Shown: one piece after another, positions 43,860-57,341 of the stretch
Numbering within the stretch: position 1 is the stretch's first letter
Layout of the letters: every line of letters begins with the position of its first letter
Source of the DNA: Eledone cirrhosa
Lineage: Eukaryota
DNA length: 64,000 bases
Assembly (NCBI GenBank): GCA_964016885.1
Contig: OZ024741.1
Span: forward strand, 131,006,001 to 131,070,000
Reading direction: 5' to 3'
Made by a program: the position numbers and the translations under genes
The notes under the pieces: model-generated
Told to the model about the DNA's origin: nothing
The model's input: only the letters and a program-made list of their open reading frames with translations
Databases searched by the model: none

Positions 43860-46800
43860 AAGCAGTGAACATATAACTTTACACATCATATTTGTCTGTG
43901 TAACTAGGGTTGGAAGCGGTGAACATATAACTTTACACATCATATTTGTCTGTGTAACTAGGGTTGGAAGCAGTGAACATATTACTTTACACATCATATT
44001 TGTCTGTGTAACTAGGGTTGGAAGCGGTGAACATATAACTTTACACATCATATTTGTCTGTGTAACTAGGTTTGGAAGCAGTGAATATATAACTTTACAC
44101 ATCATATTTGTCTGTGTAACTAGGGTTGGAAGCAGTGAACATACAACTTTACACAACCTATTTGTCTGTGTAACTAGGGTTGTAAACAGTGAACATATAA
44201 ATTTACACATCATATTTGTCTGTGTAACTAGGGTTGGAAGCAGTGAACATATAACTTTACACATCATATTTGTCTGTGTAACTAGGGTTGGAAGCAGTGA
44301 ACATATAACTTTACACATCATATTTGTCTGTGTAACTAGGGTTGGAAGCAGTGAACATACAACTTTACACATCTTATTTGTCTGTGTAACTAGAGTTGGA
44401 AGCAGTGAACATATAAGTTTACACATCATATTTGTCTGCAGAACTAGGGTTGGAAGCAGTGAACATATAACTTCACACATCATAATTGTCTGTGTAACTA
44501 GGGTTGGAAGCGGTGAACATATAACTTTACACATCATATTTGTCTGCGGAACTAGGGTTAGAAGCAGTGAACATATAACTTCACACATCATATTTGTCTG
44601 TGTAACTAGGGTTGGAAGCAGTGAACATATAACTTTACACATCATATTTGTCTGTGTAACTAGGGTTGGAAGCGGTGAACATATAACTTTACACATCATA
44701 TTTGTCTGTGTAACTAGAGTTGGAAGCAGTGAACATATAACTTTGCACATCATATTTGTCTGTGTAACTAGGGTTGGAAGCAGTGAACATATAACTTTAC
44801 ACATCATATTTGTCTGTGTAACTAGGGTTGGAAGCGGTGAACATATAACTTTACACATCATATTTGTCTGTGTAACTAGGGTTGGAAGCGGTGAACATAT
44901 AACTTTACACATCATATTTGTCTGTGTAACTAGGGTTGGAAGCAGTGAACATATAACTTTACACATCATATTTGTCTGTGTAACTAGGGTTGGAAGCAGT
45001 GAACATATAACTTTACACATCACATTTGTCTGTGTAACTAGGGTTGGAAGCAGTGAACATATAATTTTACACATCATATTTGTCTGCGTAACTAGGGTTG
45101 GAAGCGGTGAACATATAACTTTACACATCATATTTGTCTGTGGAACTAGGGTTGGAAGCGGTGAACATATAACTTTACACATCATATTTGTCTGTGCAAC
45201 TAGGGTTTGAAGCGGTGAACATATAACTTTACATATCATATTTGTCTGTGTAACTAGGGTTGGAAGCGGTGAACATATAACTTTACACATCATATTTGTC
45301 TGTGTAACTAGGGTTGGAAGCAGTGAACATATAACTTTACACATCATAATTGTCTGTGTAACTAGGGTTGGAAGCAGTGAACATATAACTTTACACATCA
45401 CATTTGTCTGTGTAACTAGGGTTGGAAGCAGTGAACATATAATTTTACACATCATATTTGTCTGCGTAACTCGGGTTGGAAGCGGTGAACATATAACTTT
45501 ACACATCATATTTGTCTGTGTAACTAGGGTTGGAAGCAGTGAACATATAACTTTACACATCATATATGTGTGTGTAACTCGGGTTGGAAGCGGTGAAAAT
45601 ATAACTTTACACATCATATGTGTCTGTGGAACTAGGGTTCGAAGCGGTGAACATATAACTTTACACATCATATTTGTCTGTGTAACTATGGTTGGAAGCA
45701 GTGAACATATAACTTAACACATCATATTTGTCTGTGTAACTAGGGTTGGAAGCGGTGAACATATAACTTTACACATCATAGTTGTCTGTGTAACTAGAGT
45801 TGGAAGCAGTGAATATATAACTATACACATCATATTTGTCTGTGTAACTAGGGTTGGAAGCAGTGAACATATAACTTTACACATCATATTTGTCTGTGTA
45901 ACTAGGGTTGGATGCGGTGAACATATAACTTTACACATCATATTTGTCTGTGTAACTAGGGTTGGAAGCAGTGAACATATAACGTTGCACATCATATTTG
46001 TCTGTGTAACTAGGGTTGGAAGCAGTGAATATATAACTTTACACATCATATTTGTCTGTGTAACTAGGGTTGGAAGCAGTGAACATATAACTTTACACAT
46101 CATATTTGTCTGTGTAACTAGGGTTGGAAGCAGTGAACATATAACTTTACAGATCATATTTGTCTGTGTAACTAGGGTTGGAAGCACTGAACATATAACT
46201 TTACACATCATATTTGTCTATGTAACTAGGGTTGGAAGCAGTGAACATATAACTTTACACATCATATTTGTCTGTGTAACTAGGGTTGGAAGCGGTGACC
46301 ATATAACTTTACACATCATATTTGTCTGTGTAACTAGGGTTGGAAGCGGTGAACATATAACTTTACACATCATATTTGTCTGTGTAACTAGGGTTGGAAG
46401 CAGTGAACATATAACTTTACACATCATATTTGTCTGTGTAACTAGGGTTGGAAGCAGTGAACATATAACTTTACACATCATATTTGTCTGTGTAACTAGG
46501 GTTGGAAGCGGTGAACATATAACTTTACACATCATATTTGTCTGTGTAACTAGGGTTGGAAGCGGTGAACATATAACTTTACACATCATATTTGTCTGTG
46601 TAACCAGGGTTGGAAGCAGTGAACATATAACTTTACACATCATATTTGTCTTTGTAACTAGGGTTGGAAGCAGTGAACATATAACTTTACACATCATATT
46701 TGACTGTGTAACTAGGGTTGGAAGCGGTGAACATATAACTTTACACATCATATTTGTCTGTGTAACTAGGGTTGGAAGCAGTGAACATATAACATTACAC

Positions 46801-49800
46801 ATCATATTTGTCTGTGTAACTAGGGTTGGAAGCGGTGAACATATAACTTTACACATCATATTTGTCTGTGTAACTAGGGTTGGAAGCGGTGAACATATAA
46901 CTTTACACATCATATTTGTCTGTGTAACTAGGGTTGGAAGCAGTGAACATATAACTTTACACATCATATTTGTCTGTGTAACTAGGGTTGGAAGCGGTGA
47001 ACATATAATTTTAAACATCATACTTGTCTGTGTAACTAGGTTTGGAAGCAGTGAACATATAACTTTACACATCATATTTGTCTGTGTAACTAGGGTTGGA
47101 AGCAGTGAACATACAACTTTACACAACCTATTTGTCTGTGTAACTAGGGTTGGAAACAGTGAACATATAAATTTACACATCATATTTGTCTGTGTAACTA
47201 GGGTTGGAAGCAGTGAACATACAATTTTACACAACCTATTTGTCTGTGTAACTAGGGTTGGAAACAGTGAACATATAAATTTACACATCATATTTGTCTG
47301 TGTAACTAGGGTTGGAAGCAGTAAACATATAACTTTACACATCATATTTGTCTGTGTAACTAGGGTTGGAAGCAGTGAACATATAACTTTACACATCATA
47401 TTTGTCTGTGTAACTAGGGTTGGAAGCGGTGAACATATAACTTTACACATCATATTTGTCTGTGTAACTAGGGTTGGAAGCAGTGAACATATTACTTTAC
47501 ACATCATATTTGTCTGTGTAACTAGGGTTGGAAGCGGTGAACATATAACTTTACACATCATATTTGTCTGTGTAACTAGGTTTGGAAGCAGTGAACATAT
47601 AACTTTACACATCATATTTGTCTGTGTAACTAGGGTTGGAAGCAGTGAACATACAACTTTACACAACCTATTTGTCTGTGTAACTAGGGTTGTAAACAGT
47701 GAACATATAAATTTACACATCATATTTGTCTGTGTAACTAGGGTTGGAAGCAGTGAACATATAACTTTACACATCATATTTGTCTGTGTAACTAGGGTTG
47801 GAAGCAGTGAACATATAACTTTACACATCATATTTGTCTGTGTAACTAGGGTTGGAAGCAGTGAACATACAACTTTACACATCTTATTTGTCTGTGTAAC
47901 TAGAGTTGGAAGCAGTGAACATATAAGTTTACACATCATATTTGTCTGCAGAACTAGGGTTGGAAGCAGTGAACATATAACTTCACACATCATAATTGTC
48001 TGTGTAACTAGGGTTGGAAGCGGTGAACATATAACTTTACACATCATATTTGTCTGCGGAACTAGGGTTAGAAGCAGTGAACATATAACTTCACACATCA
48101 TATTTGTCTGTGTAACTAGGGTTGGAAGCAGTGAACATATAACTTTACACATCATATTTGTCTGTGTAACTAGGGTTGGAAGCGGTGAACATATAACTTT
48201 ACACATCATATTTGTCTGTGTAACTAGAGTTGGAAGCAGTGAACATATAACTTTGCACATCATATTTGTCTGTGTAACTAGGGTTGGAAGCAGTGAACAT
48301 ATAACTTTACACATCATATTTGTCTGTGTAACTAGGGTTGGAAGCGGTGAACATATAACTTTACACATCATATTTGTCTGTGTAACTAGGGTTGGAAGCG
48401 GTGAACATATAACTTTACCCATCATATTTGTCTGTGTAACTAGGGTTGGAAGCAGTGAACATATAACTTTACACATCATATTTGTCTGTGTAACTAGGGT
48501 TGGAAGCAGTGAACATATAACTTCACACATCATATTTGTCTGTGTAACTAGGGTTGGAAGCGGTGAACATATAACTTTACACATCATATTTGTCTGTGTA
48601 ACTAGGGTTGGAAGCAGTGAACATATAACTTCACACATCATATTTGTCTGTGTAACTAGGGTTGGAAGCAGTGAACATATAACTTTACACATCATATTTG
48701 TCTGTGTACCTAGGGTTGGAAGCGGTGAACATATAACTTTACACATCATATTTGTCTGTGTAACTAGAGTTGGAAGCAGTGAACATATAACTTTACACAT
48801 CATATTTGTCTGTGTAACTAGGGTTGGAAGCAGTGAACATATAACTTTACACATCATATTTGTCTGTGTAACTAGGGTTGGAAGCGGTGAACATATAACT
48901 TTTCACATCATATTTGTCTGTTTAACTAGGGTTGGAAGCAGTGAACATATAACTTTACACATCATATTTGTCTGTGTAACTAGGGTTGGAAGCAGTGAAC
49001 ATATAACTTTACACATCACATTTGTCTGTGTAACTAGGGTTGGAAGCAGTGAACATATAATTTTACACATCATATTTGTCTGCGTAACTCGGGTTGGAAG
49101 CGGTGAACATATAACTTTACACATCATATTTGTCTGTGGAACTAGGGTTGGAAGCGGTGAACATATAACTTTACACATCATATTTGTCTGTGTAACTAGG
49201 GTTGGAAGCGGTGAACATATAACTTTACACATCATATTTGTCTTTGTAACTAGGGTTGGAAGCGGTGAACATATAACTTTACACATCATATTTGTCTGTG
49301 TAACTAGGGTTGGAAGCAGTGAACATATAACTTTACACATCATAATTGTCTGTGTAACTAGGGTTGGAAGCAGTGAACATATAACTTTACACATCACATT
49401 TGTCTGTGTAACTAGGGTTGGAAGCAGTGAACATATAATTTTACACATCATATTTGTCTGCGTAACTCGGGTTGGAAGCGGTGAACATATAACTTTACAC
49501 ATCATATTTGTCTGTGTAACTAGGGTTGGAAGCAGTGAACATATAACTTTACACATCATATATGTGTGTGTAACTCGGGTTGGAAGCGGTGAAAATATAA
49601 CTTTACACATCATATGTGTCTGTGGAACTAGGGTTCGAAGCGGTGAACATATAACTTTACACATCATATTTGTCTGTGTAACTATGGTTGGAAGCAGTGA
49701 ACATATAACTTAACACATCATATTTGTCTGTGTAACTAGGGTTGGAAGCGGTGAACATATAACTTTACACATCATAGTTGTCGGTGTAACTAGAGTTGGA

Positions 49801-50100
49801 AGCAGTGAATATATAACTATACACGTCATATTTGTCTGTGTAACTAGGGTTGGAAGCAGTGAACATATAACTTTACACATCATATTTGTCTGTGTAACTA
49901 GGGTTGGATGCGGTGAACATATAACTTTACACATCATATTTGTCTGTGTAACTAGGGTTGGAAGCAGTGAACATATAACGTTGCACATCATATTTGTCTG
50001 TGTAACTAGGGTTGGAAGCAGTGAATATATAACTTTACACATCATATTTGTCTGTGTAACTAGGGTTGGAAGCAGTGAACATATAACTTTACACATCATA
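43860..50100. repeat. Imperfect duplication, offset 65 rising to 74 monomers
   Basis: Private ATCTTATTTG at 44371 and 47881 (3510=65x54). Private ACTATGGTT variant and ORF boundaries 45714/49710 differ by 3996=74x54. Confidence 0.8.
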
Positions 50101-53100
50101 TTTGTCTGTGTAACTAGGGTTGGAAGCGGTGAACATATAACTTTACACATCATATTTGTCTGTGTAACTAGGGTTGGAAGCAGTGAACATATAACTTTAC
50201 ACATCATATTTGTCTGTGTAACTAGGGTTGGAAGCGGTGAACATATAATTTTACACATCATATTTGTCTGTGTAACTAGGTTTGGAAGCAGTGAACATAT
50301 AACTTTACACATCATATTTGTCTGTGTAACTAGGGTTGGAAGCTGTGAACATACAACTTTACACAACCTATTTGTCTGTGTAACTTGGGTTGGAAACAGT
50401 GAACATATAAATTTACACATCATATTTGTCTGTGTAACTAGGGTTGGAAGCAGAGAACATATAACTGTACACATCATATTTGTCTGTGTAACTAGGGTTG
50501 GAAGCGGTGAACATATAACTTTACACATCATATTTGTCTGTGTAACTAGGTTTGGAAGCAGTGAACATATAAATTTACACATCATATTTGTCTGTGTAAC
50601 TAGGGTTGGAAGCAGTGAACATACAACTTTACACAACCTATTTGTCTGTGTAACTAGGGTTGGAAACAGTGAACATACAAATTTACACATCATATTTGTC
50701 TGTGTAACTAGGGTTGGAAGCAGTGAACATATAACTTTACACATCATATTTGTCTGTGTAACTAGGGTTGGAAGCAGTGAACATATAACTTTACACATCA
50801 TATTTGTCTGTGTAACTAGGGTTGGAAGCAGTGAACATATAACTTTACACATCATATTTGTCTGTGTAACTAGGGTTGGAAGCAGTGAACATATAACTTT
50901 ACACATCATATTTGTCTGTGTAACTAGGGTTGGAAGCGGTGAACATATAACTTTACACATCATACTTGTCTGTGTAACTAGAGTTGGAAGCAGTGAACAT
51001 ATAAATTTACACATCATATTTGTCTGTGTAACTAGGGTTGGAAGCAGTGAACATATAACTTTACACATCATATTTGTCTGTGTAACTAGGGTTGGAAGCG
51101 GTGAACATATAACTTTACACATCATATTTGTCTGTGTAACTAGGGTTGGAAGCGGTGAACATATAACTTTACACATCATATTTGTCTGTGTAACTAGGGT
51201 TGGAAGCGGTGAACATATAACTTTACACATCATATTTGTCTGTGTAACTAGGGTTGGAAGCCGTGAACATATAATTTAACACATCATATTTGTCTGTGTA
51301 ACTAGGGTTGGAAGCGGTGAACATATAACTTTACACATCATATTAGTCTGTGTAACTAGGGTTGGAAGCAGTGAACATATAACTTTACAAATCATATTTG
51401 TCTGTGTAACTAGGGTTAGAAGCGGTGAACACACAACTTTACACATCATATTTGTCTGTGTAACTAGGGTTGGAAGCAGTGAACATATAACTTTACACAT
51501 CATATTTGTCTATGTAACTAGGGTTAGAATTAGTGAACATATAACTTTACACATCATATTTGTCTGTGTAACTAGGGTTGGAAGCAGTGAACATATAACT
51601 TTACACATCATATTTGTCTGTGTAACTAGGGTTGGAAGCTGTGAACTTATAACTTTACACATCATATTTGTCTGTGTAACTAGGGTTGGAAGCATTGAAC
51701 ATATAACTTTACACATCATATTTGTCTATGTAACTAGGGTTGGAAGCAGTGAACATATAACTTTACACATCATATTTGTCTGTGTAACTAGGGTTGGAAG
51801 CAGTGAACATATAACTTTACACATCATATTTGTCTGTGTAACTAGGGTTGGAAGCAGTGAACATATAAATTTACACATCATATTCGTCTGTGTAACTAGG
51901 GTTGGAAGCAGTGAACATATAACTTTACACATCATATATGTCTGTGTAACTAGGGTTGGAAGCAGTGAACATATAACTTTACACATCATATTTGTCTGTG
52001 TAACTAGGGTTGGAAGCAGTGAACATACAACTTTACACATCATATTTGTCTGTGTAACTAGGGTTGGAAGCAGTGAACATATAACTTTACACATCATATT
52101 TGTCTGTGGAACTAGGGTTGGAAGTAGTGAACATATAACTTCACACATCATATTTGTCTGTGTAACTAGGGTTAGAAGCGGTGAACATATAACTTTACAC
52201 ATCATATTTGTCTGTGTAACTAGGGTTGGAAGCAGTGAACATATAACTTTACACATCATATTTGTCTGTGTAACTAGGGTTGGAAGCAATGAACATATAA
52301 CTTTACACATCATATTTGTCTGTGTAACTAGGGTTGGAAGCGGTGAACATATAACTTGACACATCATACTTGTCTGTGTAACTAGAGTTGGAAGCAGTGA
52401 ACATATAAATTTACACATCATATTTGTCTGTGTAACTAGGGTTGGAAGCAGTGAACATATAACTTTACACATCATATTTGTCTGTGTAACTAGGGTTGGA
52501 AGCGGTGAACATATAACTTTACACATCATATTTGTCTGTGTAACTAGGGTTGGAAGCCGTGAACATATAATTTAACACATCATATTTGTCTGTGTAACTA
52601 GGGTTGGAAGCGGTGAACATATAACTTTACACATCATATTTGTCTGTGTAACTAGGGTTGGAAGCGGTGAACATATAACTTTACACATCATATTTGTCTG
52701 TGTAACTAGGGTTGGAAGCCGTGAACATATAATTTAACACATCATATTTGTCTGTGTAACTAGGGTTGGAAGCGGTGAACATATAACTTTACACATCATA
52801 TTAGTCTGTGTAACTAGGGTTGGAAGCAGTGAACATATAACTTTACAAATCATATTTGTCTGTGTAACTAGGGTTAGAAGCGGTGAACACACAACTTTAC
52901 AAATCATATTTGTCTGTGTAACTAGGGTTGGAAGCAGTGAACATATAACTTTACACATCATATTTGTCTATGTAACTAGGGTTGGAATTAGTGAACATAT
53001 AACTTTACACATCATATTTGTCTGTGTAACTAGGGTTGGAAGCAGTGAACATATAACTTTACACATCATATTTGTCTGTGTAACTAGGGTTGGAAGCTGT

Positions 53101-56100
53101 GAACTTATAACTTTACACATCATATTTGTCTGTGTAACTAGGGTTGGAAGCATTGAACATATAACTTTACACATCATATTTGTCTGTGTAACTAGGGTTG
53201 GAAGCAGTGAACATATAACTTTACACATCATTTTTGTCTGTGTAACTAGGGTTGGAAGCAGTGAACATGTAACTTTACACATCATATATGTCTGTGTAAC
53301 TAGGGTTGGAAGCACTGAACATATAACTTTATACATCATATTTGTCTATGTAACTAGGGTTGGAAGCAGTGAACATATAACTTTACACATCATATTTGTC
53401 TGTGTAACTAGGGTTGGAAGCAGTGAACATATAACTTTACACATAATTATTTGTCTGTGTAACTAGGGTTGGAAGCAGTGAACATATAACTTTACACATC
53501 ATATTTGTCTATGTAACTAGGGTTGGAATTAGTGAACATATAACTTTACACATCATATTTGTCTGTGTAACTAGGGTTGGAAGCAGTGAACATATAACGT
53601 TGCACATCATATTTGTCTGTGTAACTAGGGTTGGAAGCAGTGAATATATAACTTTACACATCATATTTGTCTGTGTAACTAGGGTTGGAAGCAGTGAACA
53701 TATAACTTTACACATCATATTTGTCTGTGTAACTAGGGTTGGAAGCGGTGAACATATAACTTTACACATCATATTTGTCTGTGTAACTAGGGTTGGAAGC
53801 AGTGAACATATAACTTTACACATCATATTTGTCTGTGTAACTAGGGTTGGAAGCGGTGAACATATAATTTTACACATCATATTTGTCTGTGTAACTAGGT
53901 TTGGAAGCAGTGAACATATAACTTTACACATCATATTTGTCTGTGTAACTAGGGTTGGAAGCTGTGAACATACAACTTTACACAACCTATTTGTCTGTGT
54001 AACTTGGGTTGGAAACAGTGAACATATAAATTTACACATCATATTTGTCTGTGTAACTAGGGTTGGAAGCAGAGAACATATAACTGTACACATCATATTT
54101 GTCTGTGTAACTAGGGTTGGAAGCGGTGAACATATAACTTTACACATCATATTTGTCTGTGTAACTAGGTTTGGAAGCAGTGAACATATAAATTTACACA
54201 TCATATTTGTCTGTGTAACTAGGGTTGGAAGCAGTGAACATACAACTTTACACAACCTATTTGTCTGTGTAACTAGGGTTGGAAACAGTGAACATACAAA
54301 TTTACACATCATATTTGTCTGTGTAACTAGGGTTGGAAGCAGTGAACATATAACTTTACACATCATATTTGTCTGTGTAACTAGGGTTGGAAGCAGTGAA
54401 CATATAACTTTACACATCATATTTGTCTGTGTAACTAGGGTTGGAAGCAGTGAACATATAACTTTACACATCATATTTGTCTGTGTAACTAGGGTTGGAA
54501 GCAGTGAACATATAACTTTACACATCATATTTGTCTGTGTAACTAGGGTTGGAAGCGGTGAACATATAACTTTACACATCATACTTGTCTGTGTAACTAG
54601 AGTTGGAAGCAGTGAACATATAAATTTACACATCATATTTGTCTGTGTAACTAGGGTTGGAAGCAGTGAACATATAACTTTACACATCATATTTGTCTGT
54701 GTAACTAGGGTTGGAAGCGGTGAACATATAACTTTACACATCATATTTGTCTGTGTAACTAGGGTTGGAAGCCGTGAACATATAATTTAACACATCATAT
54801 TTGTCTGTGTAACTAGGGTTGGAAGCGGTGAACATATAACTTTACACATCATATTTGTCTGTGTAACTAGGGTTGGAAGCGGTGAACATATAACTTTACA
54901 CATCATATTTGTCTGTGTAACTAGGGTTGGAAGCCGTGAACATATAATTTAACACATCATATTTGTCTGTGTAACTAGGGTTGGAAGCGGTGAACATATA
55001 ACTTTACACATCATATTAGTCTGTGTAACTAGGGTTGGAAGCAGTGAACATATAACTTTACAAATCATATTTGTCTGTGTAACTAGGGTTAGAAGCGGTG
55101 AACACACAACTTTACACATCATATTTGTCTGTGTAACTAGGGTTGGAAGCAGTGAACATATAACTTTACACATCATATTTGTCTATGTAACTAGGGTTGG
55201 AATTAGTGAACATATAACTTTACACATCATATTTGTCTGTGTAACTAGGGTTGGAAGCAGTGAACATATAACTTTACACATCATATTTGTCTGTGTAACT
55301 AGGGTTGGAAGCTGTGAACTTATAACTTTACACATCATATTTGTCTGTGTAACTAGGGTTGGAAGCATTGAACATATAACTTTACACATCATATTTGTCT
55401 GTGTAACTAGGGTTGGAAGCAGTGAACATATAACTTTACACATCATTTTTGTCTGTGTAACTAGGGTTGGAAGCAGTGAACATGTAACTTTACACATCAT
55501 ATATGTCTGTGTAACTAGGGTTGGAAGCACTGAACATATAACTTTATACATCATATTTGTCTATGTAACTAGGGTTGGAAGCAGTGAACATATAACTTTA
55601 CACATCATATTTGTCTGTGTAACTAGGGTTGGAAGCAGTGAACATATAACTTTACACATCATATTTGTCTGTGTAACTAGGGTTGGAAGCAGTGAACATA
55701 TAAATTTACACATCATATTCGTCTGTGTAACTAGGGTTGGAAGCAGTGAACATATAACTTTACACATCATATATGTCTGTGTAACTAGGGTTGGAAGCAG
55801 TGAACATATAACTTTACACATCATATTTGTCTGTGTAACTAGGGTTGGAAGCAGTGAACATACAACTTTACACATCATATTTGTCTGTGTAACTAGGGTT
55901 GGAAGCAGTGAACATATAACTTTACACATCATATTTGTCTGTGGAACTAGGGTTGGAAGTAGTGAACATATAACTTCACACATCATATTTGTCTGTGTAA
56001 CTAGGGTTAGAAGCGGTGAACATATAACTTTACACATCATATTTGTCTGTGTAACTAGGGTTGGAAGCAGTGAACATATAACTTTACACATCATATTTGT

Positions 56101-57300
56101 CTGTGTAACTAGGGTTGGAAGCAGTGAACATATAACTTTACACATCATATTTGTCTGTGTAACTAGGGTTGGAAGCGGTGAACATATAACTTGACACATC
56201 ATACTTGTCTGTGTAACTAGAGTTGGAAGCAGTGAACATATAAATTTACACATCATATTTGTCTGTGTAACTAGGGTTGGAAGCAGTGAACATATAACTT
56301 TACACATCATATTTGTCTGTGTAACTAGGGTTGGAAGCGGTGAACATATAACTTTACACATCATATTTGTCTGTGTAACTAGGGTTGGAAGCCGTGAACA
56401 TATAATTTAACACATCATATTTGTCTGTGTAACTAGGGTTGGAAGCGGTGAACATATCACTTTACACATCATATTTGTCTGTGTAACTAGGGTTGGAAGC
56501 GGTGAACATATAACTTTACACATCATATTTGTCTGTGTAACTAGGGTTGGAAGCCGTGAACATATAATTTAACACATCATATTTGTCTGTGTAACTAGGG
56601 TTGGAAGCGGTGAACATATAACTTTACACATCATATTAGTCTGTGTAACTAGGGTTGGAAGCAGTGAACATATAACTTTACAAATCATATTTGTCTGTGT
56701 AACTAGGGTTAGAAGCGGTGAACACACAACTTTACAAATCATATTTGTCTGTGTAACTAGGGTTGGAAGCAGTGAACATATAACTTTACACATCATATTT
56801 GTCTATGTAACTAGGGTTGGAATTAGTGAACATATAACTTTACACATCATATTTGTCTGTGTAACTAGGGTTGGAAGCAGTGAACATATAACTTTACACA
56901 TCATATTTGTCTGTGTAACTAGGGTTGGAAGCTGTGAACTTATAACTTTACACATCATATTTGTCTGTGTAACTAGGGTTGGAAGCATTGAACATATAAC
57001 TTTACACATCATATTTGTCTGTGTAACTAGGGTTGGAAGCAGTGAACATATAACTTTACACATCATTTTTGTCTGTGTAACTAGGGTTGGAAGCAGTGAA
57101 CATGTAACTTTACACATCATATATGTCCGTGTAACTAGGGTTGGAAGCACTGAACATATAACTTTATACATCATATTTGTCTATGTAACTAGGGTTGGAA
57201 GCAGTGAACATATAACTTTACACATCATATTTGTCTGTGTAACTAGGGTTGGAAGCAGTGAACATATAACTTTACACATAATTATTTGTCTGTGTAACTA
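49930..57300. repeat. Imperfect ~71-monomer (3835 bp) duplication built from 27/30- and 41-monomer sub-blocks
   Basis: 55-bp ACATAATTAT monomers at 53441 and 57276 (3835=71x54+1). ORF boundaries 51726/55561, 52734/56569 and 52968/56803 agree. TATTAGTC-marked blocks at 51276, 52734, 54949 and 56569 are spaced 27, 41 and 30 monomers apart. Confidence 0.85.
53402..53456. other. 55-bp monomer type 1 (ACATCATAT to ACATAATTAT); second copy at 57276
   Basis: Read directly at 53441-53450; the phase shifts by +1. Confidence 0.95.
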
Positions 57301-57341
57301 GGGTTGGAAGCAGTGAACATATAAATTTACACATCATATTC

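Noticed and set aside
5543-54790. Plus-strand ORFs up to 1242 aa encoding (HIIFVCVTRVGSSEHITL)n
   Set aside because: Starts are incidental TTG variants. The frame is interrupted by TGA/TAA variants (e.g. 1871, 6371, 11956, 26978, 45208) and overlaps the equally open antisense frame.
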